A stretch of 64,000 bases of DNA. It comes from a virus. Lineage: Duplodnaviria > Caudoviricetes. The translations under genes and the position numbers were made by a program. The stretch spans positions 1 through 64,000 of IMG/VR virus record IMGVR_UViG_3300026735_000021; one strand, given 5' to 3'. Of this stretch, positions 6,239 through 16,893 are shown in pieces (position 1 is the first letter of the stretch; every line of letters begins with the position of its first letter). The notes beneath the pieces are model-generated. The model saw only the letters and a program-made list of their open reading frames with translations, was not told where the DNA came from and ran no database searches.

Positions 6239-8509
6239 ATGGTAAAAGCAAAATTACACAACTATCAAAGATATGCTGCTGAATTTATAAAAACACGACC
6301 AATGTCCGGTCTATTTTTAGATATGGGCTTAGGAAAAGCTGTTGACGAAAATACAATCATACCTACACCTAAAGGTATGGCAAAAATCAAAAATATAAAT
6401 GTTGGTGATCCAATAATCGATAGAAAAGGAAATATTACACGAGTCACAGCTATATTTCGGCACAAAAATAAAAAAGCATACGAAGTAACATTAGCCGATG
6501 GTAGATCATTCATCTGTTGCGACGAACATCTCATTCCATTTTATGATAAAACGGAAACAATACACGAAAATATTATTCCATATATTCAGTCTAAGCCATT
6601 AAGTCAAATGCTTGACGATTATAAAACTGATAATAGTTCATCATCTAAATTCAAATATGCAATACCCCAAAACAAAGCGGTAAACTTTGACGAATATAAA
6701 AATCATAAAGAAACACCGTATAATGTAGGAGTAAAACTGGGATCAAATACAAATGACATTCCTTTTGAATACATGATAGACTCAATCCATAATCGAAAAC
6801 AATTATTAATGGGAATCCTTGATGTAAAAGGTAACATTAAGACCGAAAAAGATAACTCTCAACATTATTCATATTCATCACCCAACAAAAACAGAATTAA
6901 ACAACTAAAATGGTTAACACAATCGCTAGGGTATGCATCATACGTTCAAGCTAACACCTTACATATTTATTCTAACGAAGTTATTGTATCCACTGAAAAA
7001 TTAATAACCAAAATTAACACTGATTCATTGGCATCACCCTTAATTGATATGACTGATATTGTCTCAATTGTAGAAGTTGAACCTCGAAATATGGTATGCT
7101 TCACCGTTGACAACGATGAAAAACTATATTTAATCAATGATTTCATTGTCACTCACAACACTTTGACCACACTTACAGCCTTTAGTGAAATGGCTCAATC
7201 TGGAAAGCTTAAAGGTAACATTTTAATTATTGCCCCTAAGAAAATTGCAGTAAATACTTGGCCTGATGAAATTGAAAAATGGGATCACACGAAGAATGCA
7301 AAATATACAGTCATCACAGGATTATCTCCAAAAAAACGTAATGCTTTATTTGATGACATTGCAGCTAATCCAAATAAAGCTCAAATTTACATTGTCAATC
7401 GAGAACTTGTTCCAAAATTAGTTGAAAGATTCGCTAAAAATTGGCCATTTCCTAATGTTATTCTTGATGAATTACAATCATTTAAAGGTCATTCAAGTTC
7501 TCGATTTAAATCATTACGGAAAGTTAGAAATCAAATACGAATCATTGTTGGTCTAACCGGAACACCTGCGCCTAATTCTCTTATGGATTTATGGGCGCAA
7601 ATTACTATATTAGATGGTGGGCAACGATTAGGCCCAACAATATCAGCCTATCGTGAAGCCTTTTTTGATGCAGGACGAAGAACGCCTCAAGGTCAACCTT
7701 ATGAGTGGATACTCAAACCACATGCTGATGATGTTATTTTCAATCGAATCAATGACATTGCCATTTCAATGAAAGCTGCTGATTATTTACAAATGCCAGC
7801 CGTCACATATAACACAATCAAAGTAAAAATGACAGCACAAGAGAAAAAAGTATATAACACGCTCAAGAAGGAAAAAGTATTACCATTAATTGATGGTTCA
7901 GAAATTACGTCAGCCAATGCAGCTGTATTAACCGCACAATTGTTACAATTATCAAATGGGGCAATCTATAATAATGCCGCTGAAAAAGACACAGCTGATA
8001 TTGTGGTTTTACATGACCACAAACTAGAAGCGTTAGAGGAAATCGTAGATCAATCACAAGGGCAACCGCTTGTTGTATTTTATTGGTACAAACATGACTT
8101 AGTTCGATTGCAAAAAGCTTTTCCTCAGGCTGAAACATTTGATGGATCACGAGAACACAAAGATAAATGGAATCGTGGTGAAGTACCAATTCTATTATTA
8201 CAACCAAGCAGTTCAGGTCATGGACTAAACTTACAAGATGGAGGGCATATCGTTGTATGGTTTTCAATGCCAAACTGGTCACTTGAACTATATCAACAAG
8301 GAAATGCTCGAGTATATCGTCAAGGGCAAACTAAACCGGTAATTATCCACCATATCGTAACTGAAAACACGATGGACGATAAAGTCTTAGCCCGATTAGC
8401 TGAAAAAGATGAAAATCAAAACCATCTTATTGATGCAGTAAAGGCTGGCCCATCAATTCAAACATCCTTAATGGACGATTTAAAATCTGAATTAAAAAAC
8501 ACAAAATGA
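6239..8509 (+). CDS. SNF2-family (SF2) helicase/ATPase interrupted by an intein
   Basis: LDMGLGK|T Walker A split by the intein, ILDELQ Walker B, GLTGTP, SSGHGLNLQDGG and QGNARVYRQGQ motifs. Confidence 0.92.
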   Translation: MVKAKLHNYQRYAAEFIKTRPMSGLFLDMGLGKAVDENTIIPTPKGMAKIKNINVGDPIIDRKGNITRVTAIFRHKNKKAYEVTLADGRSFICCDEHLIPFYDKTETIHENIIPYIQSKPLSQMLDDYKTDNSSSSKFKYAIPQNKAVNFDEYKNHKETPYNVGVKLGSNTNDIPFEYMIDSIHNRKQLLMGILDVKGNIKTEKDNSQHYSYSSPNKNRIKQLKWLTQSLGYASYVQANTLHIYSNEVIVSTEKLITKINTDSLASPLIDMTDIVSIVEVEPRNMVCFTVDNDEKLYLINDFIVTHNTLTTLTAFSEMAQSGKLKGNILIIAPKKIAVNTWPDEIEKWDHTKNAKYTVITGLSPKKRNALFDDIAANPNKAQIYIVNRELVPKLVERFAKNWPFPNVILDELQSFKGHSSSRFKSLRKVRNQIRIIVGLTGTPAPNSLMDLWAQITILDGGQRLGPTISAYREAFFDAGRRTPQGQPYEWILKPHADDVIFNRINDIAISMKAADYLQMPAVTYNTIKVKMTAQEKKVYNTLKKEKVLPLIDGSEITSANAAVLTAQLLQLSNGAIYNNAAEKDTADIVVLHDHKLEALEEIVDQSQGQPLVVFYWYKHDLVRLQKAFPQAETFDGSREHKDKWNRGEVPILLLQPSSSGHGLNLQDGGHIVVWFSMPNWSLELYQQGNARVYRQGQTKPVIIHHIVTENTMDDKVLARLAEKDENQNHLIDAVKAGPSIQTSLMDDLKSELKNTK
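6338..7159 (+). other. Intein (274 aa, Ala1 start) with a degenerate LAGLIDADG homing-endonuclease remnant
   Basis: Starts K|AVDENTIIPTPKG; block B CCDEH; block F MVCFTV; ends IVTHN|T; LAGLIDADG-like LLMGILDVKG. Confidence 0.88.
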
Positions 8510-8601
8510 CATTAAATTTAAATTAAACATGGAATTTTAACTAAAAATCCAGTATAATATACATATATGCTTAATTTTAAAACCGAAAGGAGCCACCATA
8601 A

Positions 8602-10833
8602 ATGGCACAACCAATTTCACTAGAATCACTCCAAATTATCAAAAAAGATGGATCCAAAATTCCTTATGATAACAATAAAATCCAAGTTGCAATTCAAAAA
8701 TCAGCAAAACGAACAAATAATCCAGTAACTGACGAAGACATGGCTGACATCTTAGAAATCATTGAAGACTCAATCAAACGTTCAGTAACAGATAACACGC
8801 TAACTGTAATTCGAATGCATGAACTTGTACAATCGGCATTGCGTGTCATTCGAGATGATGTATATACGGAATATGCTCGATATCGCAACTATAAATTAGA
8901 AAATGATAGAAGTTTATCTGATTTAAAAGATCAAACTGATGGTTTGAAAAATACAACATATCGAGAAAATGGAAATAAAAATAGTGATTTAATTTCAACC
9001 AAACGAGCATTATTATCAGAAATGACAATGAAAAAACTTGTCATAAATTATGAACTAGATCCAGCCTTAGGTAAAGCTCACAATGATGGTGACATTTATA
9101 TTCATGATTTAGGTGATCGTTGGACAAGAACTCACAATTGTTGTCTCTTTGATATGGCTAATCTTTTACGTGATAAACCCGAAAAAGGATATGCTTACCG
9201 TTTAAATAACATGGAATATCAAGAACCCAAAACAGCATTAACCGCATTATCTGTAATGGGTGATATGATTTTATCAGCATCATCTAACCAATATGGCGGC
9301 TTTAGTGTTGTTGAAGTTGACTCAATTATCGCACCTTACGCTGACAAATCATACAATACTCATTTAGCATACTATTCTAAAATGCTTGGTGCTGGTGATG
9401 ACAACTATAAGTTGGCTAAACGTTTGGCTAAAGAGCAAACACTCAATGAGCTTAAGCAAGGGTATCAATCAATTGAGTATAAACTCAATTCGTTATCAAA
9501 TGCTCTCGGCCAAACACCGTTCGTAACATTCACATTTGGATTTGATACTAGTTTCTGGGGGCGGGAATTCACAAAAGCAATTTTAACAACACGTATGAAA
9601 ACTGACAACGTTGTATTCCCTAAATTAGTAATGTATTGTCGAAAAGAAATCAACACAAACGTTGATTCACCAAACTACGACCTCTTTGTATTAGCTAATC
9701 GTTGTACTCGTCATCGTATTTACCCTGATTACCTTAGTTTTGATTCAGGATTCTTAGCTGAAACATATGAACGTTCAGGGAAATGTTTAGGTCCAATGGG
9801 TTGCCGTAGTTTTCTATCATTCTTCAAAAACCCAACAACTGGAGAAGAAATTTACACAGGACGAGCAAATGTTTCTGTTGTCTCTGTTCACCTTGTTAAA
9901 TATGCAATTGAAGCAAATGGTGATTGGGATAAATTCTATGAATTACTCGACGCAAATACTAAATTAGCAATTGATGCAAACCAATGGTACCATGGTGAAG
10001 TTTCTAAATTAAAAGGTTCATCTAATCCATTATTTTGGGTTGAAGGTGGCGCATGGATGTCCGTTGGAATGGACGATGACGTTGCCCCTATTGTTAAAGG
10101 ATTCACAGCATCAATTGGCTTTGTCGGTTTAAACCAAGCTCTTAGAGCAATGGGAGTTGACACATCTGACCACAAAGAAGCCCAACAACGTGGTATTGAT
10201 ATTTTGAATCGAATGAACGAACAGATCAACCGCCGCAAAGACGAAGATGGAATCCTATACAGTCTATATGCTACACCGGCTGAATCATTATGCTATACAT
10301 TTAACAACATTATCCGTAAAAAATACGGAATCATTCCAGGTGTATCTGATAAAGATTACCAAACAAACTCATTCCACATTGACGTGTGGGATCATGTATC
10401 AGCTCCTGAAAAGATTTTACACGAAGCCCCATTCCATCAAATTGCACAAGGGGGTCACATCGGTTATGTTGAATTACCATATGGTGTATCTACGTCATCA
10501 CTTGAAGCAATTATCAAGTTTGCAATGGAGCAAGGTATGTATTTTGGAGCAAACGTAGTAAGTTCCGTATGTGCTAACTGTAATGAGCATGGCGATTTCA
10601 TTGATGAATGTCCAAACTGTAAGTCAAAAGACATCAACATTATTACTCGGGTATGTGGGTATTTAGCCGTACTGAAACGCAACGGAGAATATCGACAAAA
10701 CCCAGGTAAAATTGCAGAAACGATGCAACGTGTTGACCATTCTGGATTCGGTAATAACCATACATCAAGCTATGCAGAAGACACAGGTGTTGACCACATC
10801 TCAACATCAAAAATGGATCAATTCCTAAACTAA
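8602..10833 (+). CDS. nrdD: Anaerobic (class III) ribonucleoside-triphosphate reductase
   Basis: N-terminal ATP cone (IIKKDGSKIPYD), YIHDL, MGCRSFL, YATPAESL, CxxC pairs and the glycyl-radical motif RVCGYL. Confidence 0.95.
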   Translation: MAQPISLESLQIIKKDGSKIPYDNNKIQVAIQKSAKRTNNPVTDEDMADILEIIEDSIKRSVTDNTLTVIRMHELVQSALRVIRDDVYTEYARYRNYKLENDRSLSDLKDQTDGLKNTTYRENGNKNSDLISTKRALLSEMTMKKLVINYELDPALGKAHNDGDIYIHDLGDRWTRTHNCCLFDMANLLRDKPEKGYAYRLNNMEYQEPKTALTALSVMGDMILSASSNQYGGFSVVEVDSIIAPYADKSYNTHLAYYSKMLGAGDDNYKLAKRLAKEQTLNELKQGYQSIEYKLNSLSNALGQTPFVTFTFGFDTSFWGREFTKAILTTRMKTDNVVFPKLVMYCRKEINTNVDSPNYDLFVLANRCTRHRIYPDYLSFDSGFLAETYERSGKCLGPMGCRSFLSFFKNPTTGEEIYTGRANVSVVSVHLVKYAIEANGDWDKFYELLDANTKLAIDANQWYHGEVSKLKGSSNPLFWVEGGAWMSVGMDDDVAPIVKGFTASIGFVGLNQALRAMGVDTSDHKEAQQRGIDILNRMNEQINRRKDEDGILYSLYATPAESLCYTFNNIIRKKYGIIPGVSDKDYQTNSFHIDVWDHVSAPEKILHEAPFHQIAQGGHIGYVELPYGVSTSSLEAIIKFAMEQGMYFGANVVSSVCANCNEHGDFIDECPNCKSKDINIITRVCGYLAVLKRNGEYRQNPGKIAETMQRVDHSGFGNNHTSSYAEDTGVDHISTSKMDQFLN

Positions 10834-10854
10834 AAATAAATAAAAATCACAATT

Positions 10855-10878
10855 AGGCTGAGCTTTTCAGCCTTTTTT
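10855..10878 (+). terminator. Intrinsic terminator after nrdD
   Basis: AGGCTGA-GCTTT-TCAGCCT plus T tract. Confidence 0.7.
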
Positions 10879-10977
10879 ATGTGATAACCATAAAACACAC
10901 CTGAATTTTAAAAATAATAAATATCAACCCATCTTTATGATATAATTAGAATAATTCAGAAGAAAGGACAATACAAC

Positions 10978-11661
10978 ATGGCATATATTCATGCAATTTA
11001 TGATTTTGACATTGAAAACGATTTTGGGCAAGGACCAACAACAACAGTATTCTGGAACTATTGCTCATTTCATTGTACCGGCTGTTGGAACACTGACACA
11101 TGGGACAGAAAAGATGATCTATACATAGATAATGACGAACTTGTATCTCGTGTTATTAGAGCTTTAGATCTATATGGTTTTGATAAACACTTATCGTTGC
11201 TCGGTGGCGACCCATTAATACACGAGAACATAGAGGATACCCTTTATTTTCTAAAAGAAATTCGTAAACAAAAACCTAACCTCAAAATTGGTGTTTGGTC
11301 TGGATTCAAATTTGATTTCTTAACAAAACATCCAGATAAATATCCATTGCAAATTGAGGCGTTAAACCTTATTGACGTTTTAATTGACGGGCAATTTGTA
11401 ATTAAACGTAAAGTTAAAAATAGACGATACGGATCATGGAACCAACGAGTTATTTTAACCAAAGAATCGTTAAAACTAAACAAAATTGTACTTGAACCGG
11501 CATATGCCTCTGAAAATGGAGAAAAATTTACAACTAAAAACATTGACGGCAATATTATATTCGATAAATGGCTTCCTGTTCACAACAGTTGGCTATTATC
11601 AAAAGAAGAAATTGAGCAAGATATGATTGATACAATGAAAACCAAGGAGACGCAATCATGA
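10978..11661 (+). CDS. nrdG: Anaerobic RNR activating radical-SAM enzyme
   Basis: CSFHCTGC (CxxxCxxC), LLGGDP, IDVLIDGQF, GSWNQRVI; adjacent to nrdD; own extended -10 TGATATAAT at 10938-10946. Confidence 0.93.
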   Translation: MAYIHAIYDFDIENDFGQGPTTTVFWNYCSFHCTGCWNTDTWDRKDDLYIDNDELVSRVIRALDLYGFDKHLSLLGGDPLIHENIEDTLYFLKEIRKQKPNLKIGVWSGFKFDFLTKHPDKYPLQIEALNLIDVLIDGQFVIKRKVKNRRYGSWNQRVILTKESLKLNKIVLEPAYASENGEKFTTKNIDGNIIFDKWLPVHNSWLLSKEEIEQDMIDTMKTKETQS

Positions 11662-13877
11662 CCTTAAACGGACCAATTAACTTTGATTTTTATTCAGACA
11701 AAATTAACAAACTAAAAAAGAACCAAACACCAATGATTCCACAAACGAATCAATCAAAACAAAAAATTGATGGAATACGGTATGAACAATCACCAGTCCC
11801 TCAATACCAAATAATCCCATTATATTCTCATGTTTCAAATCGCTTTGTAGAGACAAAAGATCAGGCAATAAGGCAACTCACCAATGAGTTAAATATCCAC
11901 AGACCAGACTTACATCTTGAGGCTCTTGACATATTATTGCGAAAAAACCCAAAAATAATTAATACAATTATAGAGTTTTATTATAAGCATGAACGTCAAA
12001 TCAATCATGAATTAGATTTACAATCACATTTTGAAGATGAAATATCATATAAAATGTTAGATCTTATTGGACTTACCGTAAAATCAAAAGAAGATGAAAA
12101 AGAACAAGACATTAAAACCACAGAAATTGATGATGTACTCAAACGCGTGCGTATGAATCATCCAACAATATCAATGTCTAATTTAAAACTTGCCAACAAA
12201 GTATTTGATGCATTATATTATGCTCAAACAACGACACAAATTGGATTAAAATCAAAAAATCAAGAATTAAAAGAAGATATCGAAAAAAACATACAAAATC
12301 AAATACATTTATTATCACAGTTTGGCAATGTATTAGCCCAAGTTGTGCCATCTCTTTCAAACATTTATTCAAAAATGCAAATTGTAACCAACAATCGAAA
12401 CGAAGATTTGGCTGAAATCAAAAAGAGAACTAAAAAATTAGAAGCAATGGGGTTAACGGATAATAACGTATATGAACTATATGAAGCAACTCAAGCCATT
12501 GAAACCGATGGCCATGTATATACCGGAGCCGATATAGCTCTCAAAATTCACCCTTATGTTTTAGCTAAATATCAAGGAATTGATTTAAAATATAAAAAAC
12601 AGGAATTAAAACAATTACACAAGGCAACACTTCCAATCAGAGAAAATGCTGACACAATTGCTCAATATTTAATTCTTTTACATTTCATATCCGAAATAGT
12701 ACCGTCATCACGTGTATCCATTATTGTAATGTTTGGTATTGATGACAAAGACTACGTTATTAACAGAATTAATATGGAGCTTGTAGCTATTTCAAATAAT
12801 AACTCAACACCTGAGGACAATATAGTGCCATCTAAACTTTCTAATAGAATTATACCTATTAATGATCGGTTTCATAGCATTTCAGCATTTGATTTAAATA
12901 CATTATCATCTAAAAAGATTAAATTAGTTGAATCATTAATTAATATATTCTTTTCTGATGGTTTAATGCTCAGTGGTCAACCAATGACCGATCTATTAGC
13001 CAAATCAATTGTTCCAATGAACATGGTTGAATTAGCCTTATGCAATGAATCAACCCTTAAACATCAAATCAACACAGTAACCGATGCCTTAGCCGAAATA
13101 GACGATAAAGATGAACTCTTTTTACTATTTAAAGAAGCAATTGCTAGAATCTACATTGGGCAAGCGGCACTAGTCGAAAACATTAATGACAAAAATGAGC
13201 ATATTGCTAAGATTATTGATGAAAAAACCGAATCTCTTGAAAAAATTAAAACATTATCAACAGAATCAAATAAAAATGTAGAAAAAATCAAACAAAAAGA
13301 TAAACAAATTGAAGAATTAACACGGCAATTAAATCAAAAAGAATCACAATTAAATGACGTGAAATCTCAATATGATTGCTTAAGCAAAGATTTAGCACCA
13401 TTTGATCGACTAAAAAGTGCTCATGACGAATTATCATCTCAAAATGAAATTCTATTAGACCAACTTAATCGTATTCAACAATTACAACACGATAAACAAT
13501 CAAATGATACAACAATCGAACCATATGACGAATCAAAAGTCATTAACATATTAAACGATCACGCTGTTTGCGTAATTGGTGGCCACAATCATTGGCTTGC
13601 TGATATGCAGCGAATTCTACCAAAAGCCAAAATGTATGACCCTGATAAGAAAAATGCTACAATGGAGGCTATTGAAACAGCTGATATCCTAATAATCAAT
13701 ACATCAATACTAAACCATACATTATATCGCAGGGTTCAAGCGGCTATAGCTGAAAACCCAAACGTAAACATTGCGTACATCAACACACAAGGATCAAATG
13801 TATCTCGTTCATTGATGACCATAAACGACCAATTAGAATTATTATCAAATGCAAATACAAAAAACAATAACAATTAA
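11658..13877 (+). CDS. Hypothetical coiled-coil protein with a C-terminal DUF2325-like domain
   Basis: Long coiled coil at about aa 510-610; the C-terminal VCVIGGH...ADILIINTSILNH resembles DUF2325. Confidence 0.6.
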   Translation: MTLNGPINFDFYSDKINKLKKNQTPMIPQTNQSKQKIDGIRYEQSPVPQYQIIPLYSHVSNRFVETKDQAIRQLTNELNIHRPDLHLEALDILLRKNPKIINTIIEFYYKHERQINHELDLQSHFEDEISYKMLDLIGLTVKSKEDEKEQDIKTTEIDDVLKRVRMNHPTISMSNLKLANKVFDALYYAQTTTQIGLKSKNQELKEDIEKNIQNQIHLLSQFGNVLAQVVPSLSNIYSKMQIVTNNRNEDLAEIKKRTKKLEAMGLTDNNVYELYEATQAIETDGHVYTGADIALKIHPYVLAKYQGIDLKYKKQELKQLHKATLPIRENADTIAQYLILLHFISEIVPSSRVSIIVMFGIDDKDYVINRINMELVAISNNNSTPEDNIVPSKLSNRIIPINDRFHSISAFDLNTLSSKKIKLVESLINIFFSDGLMLSGQPMTDLLAKSIVPMNMVELALCNESTLKHQINTVTDALAEIDDKDELFLLFKEAIARIYIGQAALVENINDKNEHIAKIIDEKTESLEKIKTLSTESNKNVEKIKQKDKQIEELTRQLNQKESQLNDVKSQYDCLSKDLAPFDRLKSAHDELSSQNEILLDQLNRIQQLQHDKQSNDTTIEPYDESKVINILNDHAVCVIGGHNHWLADMQRILPKAKMYDPDKKNATMEAIETADILIINTSILNHTLYRRVQAAIAENPNVNIAYINTQGSNVSRSLMTINDQLELLSNANTKNNNN

Positions 13878-14193
13878 ATTAACAGCAGATGAACTAGCCC
13901 TACGATTAGGTTTTAATTATAGACTTAGTTGGGGACTTCCTAAACTGACATTCGACAATGCCATATATGATACAACATCAGTAGGATGGAATAAATTTAT
14001 TACCCAAAATCCTAATATTAATGTGGAATCGTTTTCAGAGTTGATAAATCAAAAAATAAAATTTTTAATAAAAAAAGAGATTTCATATGAAATCTCATCA
14101 TTCAACCATAAATTTATACCAACGGCTTCAGATCCAGAACTAAAATTGGACACACCTTGCGATTTAATCATTACATGTATCATGCCCGACTAA
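13849..14193 (+). CDS. Hypothetical protein
   Basis: ORF overlapping the end of the upstream gene, co-directional. Confidence 0.55.
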   Translation: MQIQKTITIKLTADELALRLGFNYRLSWGLPKLTFDNAIYDTTSVGWNKFITQNPNINVESFSELINQKIKFLIKKEISYEISSFNHKFIPTASDPELKLDTPCDLIITCIMPD

Positions 14194-14726
14194 TTAGGGA
14201 TTTTCATTTTATCACCTGCATAAATTAAATCAGGATTTTCAATATGATTTAAATCAACTAACGCTGACATCGGAACATCATTCGATACAGCCAGTTCACT
14301 TAACGTATCACCCCAAATAATCAAATAATCATGAGTGATAGGAGCAATAGCAACTGTAGCAGGAGATTCTTTCACTGGATTTGATTCTGATATAGGCTCT
14401 CTATCCGTACCCGGAGCTTCTTTCGCTGGATTTGATTCTGATATAGGTTCTCTATCTACACTAGCTGTACTACCATCAGATGAACTTGACTCTGTCGAAT
14501 CTAATTCATCATTATATGATGACGGACTTGTACTAATTAATGTAGATTGTTCCGTTGCTATTGTCGCAGATACAGGCTCATCAAAAATTCCGGTTGATAT
14601 TGCATACATACCAAGACCTAATGCTATTACGGCGAACCCACTAGCCAGACTAACACCCAATGTTGTTTGATCTAAAATAAATCCACTAGATTTATTTTTA
14701 TTTAACATTTTACGAGATTTTAACAT
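14190..14726 (-). CDS. Membrane-anchored LysM-domain protein
   Basis: N-terminal hydrophobic segment; C-terminal YLIIWGDTLSELA...NHIENPDLIYAGDKMKIP; TGCTATAAT promoter at 14766-14774 on the minus strand. Confidence 0.85.
   Translation of the reverse strand: MLKSRKMLNKNKSSGFILDQTTLGVSLASGFAVIALGLGMYAISTGIFDEPVSATIATEQSTLISTSPSSYNDELDSTESSSSDGSTASVDREPISESNPAKEAPGTDREPISESNPVKESPATVAIAPITHDYLIIWGDTLSELAVSNDVPMSALVDLNHIENPDLIYAGDKMKIPN
14361..14456. repeat. Two-copy 48-bp tandem repeat within the LysM gene linker
   Basis: DREPISESNP(A/V)KE twice; DNA CTGGATTTGATTCTGATATAGG repeated at a 48-bp spacing. Confidence 0.8.
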
Positions 14727-14841
14727 CTATCATAAACACCTCAATTCTATACACTTAATAGCATAATTATAGCAGAAATACTTAAATCTTACAATTGACT
14801 TAACGAAAAACAAATTGAAAAATCAACAGAAACGGAGATTT

Positions 14842-15888
14842 ATGGATAATATTAATCCTTTACCTTTATATAATAACAATCCAGATTACCCTGATGAACA
14901 CATAAAAACCATTTATGATAAATGGCGAAACCGAAAATTCAACATTGAACTACCAATTCATGTATTTGGTACCGGGTCAGAGGGTAACTCCGTGTTTTTA
15001 AAACCCGAACATACATTAATTGACCTAGGATTGCCGTACAAACGATACACAGAATATGATGTAAATTTCTTCTTAGACGTAGATTATTTAATCTTAACAC
15101 ATCATCATGGAGATCACCTTAACCCTAGTACGTTGTACAAAATTTTAAAATCATATCCTAATGTCAAAGTATTAATATCAGATTTCATGTTTGAATACAT
15201 TACAAGTAAACACTATAAACCAGTATTAAAAAAACGAGTTGACATTAACGGAAATACAATATATCGAACGGGCACCAATGGTTTACCTAACAAATCACGG
15301 CCAGAATACGAATTAGACCCATTAACGAATGAACCTATTGTTCTTGATCTACCCTGGCGTACAAAATTCATGGAATTTAGTTCACGATTTATTCCAGCTA
15401 AGCCAATGAATTTAAAAACACATACCAATGAAGAATTTTTATTTCATCCATTAACAACAAAACATGGCGACATCATTAATATTGCGATTCAAATCTATCA
15501 CGCAAAGTATAATTTAAAATTATTATATTCATCCGACTTAGATAATTTGCATGGAGCCACATCCTTCACAGATTTCAAAGGTGATATTCAACGGGTTGAA
15601 GGTATGTCTCAAACGAATTTCTATAATTGTGTATTACTAGAAGCAAACTATGATGAACAACTCATAGAAGACTGGAAAGAATCACATATTAAAGCAATCA
15701 AAGAAAAGAACTTACCAAGAGAATATGAAGACCGTGAAATTAATAATGTTATTGTAAGGTCTCAAGGAAACCTGAGACACATTTCAGAACAAGAAACCTT
15801 TGCGTACATTCAAGAGCATCTTACGGACAACGGGCTATTCATCCCGTTGCATGCATCCAAAACTTTTGGTACTTTATTGCAAGACTAA
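14842..15888 (+). CDS. MBL-fold metallo-hydrolase (probable nuclease)
   Basis: GTGSEGN, LIDLG, THHHGDH, LLEANYD, RHIS and LHAS motifs; ATG 14842 has RBS GGAG (track start 14815). Confidence 0.85.
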   Translation: MDNINPLPLYNNNPDYPDEHIKTIYDKWRNRKFNIELPIHVFGTGSEGNSVFLKPEHTLIDLGLPYKRYTEYDVNFFLDVDYLILTHHHGDHLNPSTLYKILKSYPNVKVLISDFMFEYITSKHYKPVLKKRVDINGNTIYRTGTNGLPNKSRPEYELDPLTNEPIVLDLPWRTKFMEFSSRFIPAKPMNLKTHTNEEFLFHPLTTKHGDIINIAIQIYHAKYNLKLLYSSDLDNLHGATSFTDFKGDIQRVEGMSQTNFYNCVLLEANYDEQLIEDWKESHIKAIKEKNLPREYEDREINNVIVRSQGNLRHISEQETFAYIQEHLTDNGLFIPLHASKTFGTLLQD

Positions 15889-16104
15889 TTATCAAATCAA
15901 TATAAACATTTGGGTAAATGCCCAAATGCATATATTGCGGGACATGAAATGTCCCAATTAAAATAATACTAGAAAAATATTTCTAGGATATAATTCAAAA
16001 TCTCTTGATATTCAGGAATAAATGAGTTATAATAGTTATTGTGATAACGAACATGATTCGAGACACAAAAAAGCAAAAACACACCCGAAAGGACACAAAA
16101 AATC

Positions 16105-16812
16105 ATGGTACAACGTAAAACACGCGAAGAATTAGGCGTAAAACCAGGCGACACAATTGTTGTCTCAGGAACCGTAGCTTATGCTCGACTCCTTAACAAA
16201 ATCAGCGGAGCTGAATTGGAACAAGACATCAAACAACGTCAAAGCCGCAACCAAATCCCAATCAACGATCCATATTACTCAATAACTCTTGAAGATGTGG
16301 AAATCTCACGTGGAGCAAATACTCCATTAGCTATCTTTACAGGACAAAGCGTTTACACACGTAAAACTGGTAAAAAAGCGATTTCACTTACATCTAAAAG
16401 CGCTTTTCCAGTAACATTCTTCCATGAAACAGGAAATGGTCAAGCTGTACAAATTACGCCTGACGCAGAATTTGCTGTAGGTCAAAAGATTTCAATTTTG
16501 ATCAAAGCATTCATGCCTAAATCATTCAATCGCATGTCATCATCACCTCAATCTGTATTGATTCCAGAAGGCGAAATCCAATACTACACAGCATCTGGAG
16601 CAGCTGCTGACCTCAATGGATTCGGGCTTACAGCAGCTAAAGAATTAGACGCAGTATCAACTCCAGAACTTCCAAAAGTAGAAGCAACACCGATGGAAAC
16701 ACCTATTGCCCAAGCTGCGCCTGCTGATCCGTTTGCATCAATGCCGGCTGCCCCAGCAGATCCATTTGCTCAAGCCGCAACTGCCAACGAAAACCCATTT
16801 GCTAACGATTAA
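16105..16812 (+). CDS. Hypothetical protein, possibly a single-stranded DNA-binding protein
   Basis: Beta-rich N-terminal part and an acidic flexible tail with ADPFA repeats ending NPFAND; lies next to a primase gene. Function is inferred. Confidence 0.45.
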   Translation: MVQRKTREELGVKPGDTIVVSGTVAYARLLNKISGAELEQDIKQRQSRNQIPINDPYYSITLEDVEISRGANTPLAIFTGQSVYTRKTGKKAISLTSKSAFPVTFFHETGNGQAVQITPDAEFAVGQKISILIKAFMPKSFNRMSSSPQSVLIPEGEIQYYTASGAAADLNGFGLTAAKELDAVSTPELPKVEATPMETPIAQAAPADPFASMPAAPADPFAQAATANENPFAND

Positions 16813-16841
16813 TATCCGTTAAGAGGGTAATGATAACCATT

Positions 16842-16875
16842 ATACCTGAATATAAATATTCAGGTATTTTTTTTT
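16842..16875 (+). terminator. Intrinsic terminator
   Basis: ATACCTGAATA-TAAA-TATTCAGGTAT plus T tract. Confidence 0.75.
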
Positions 16876-16893
16876 AAGGAGACCCTTTAAATT

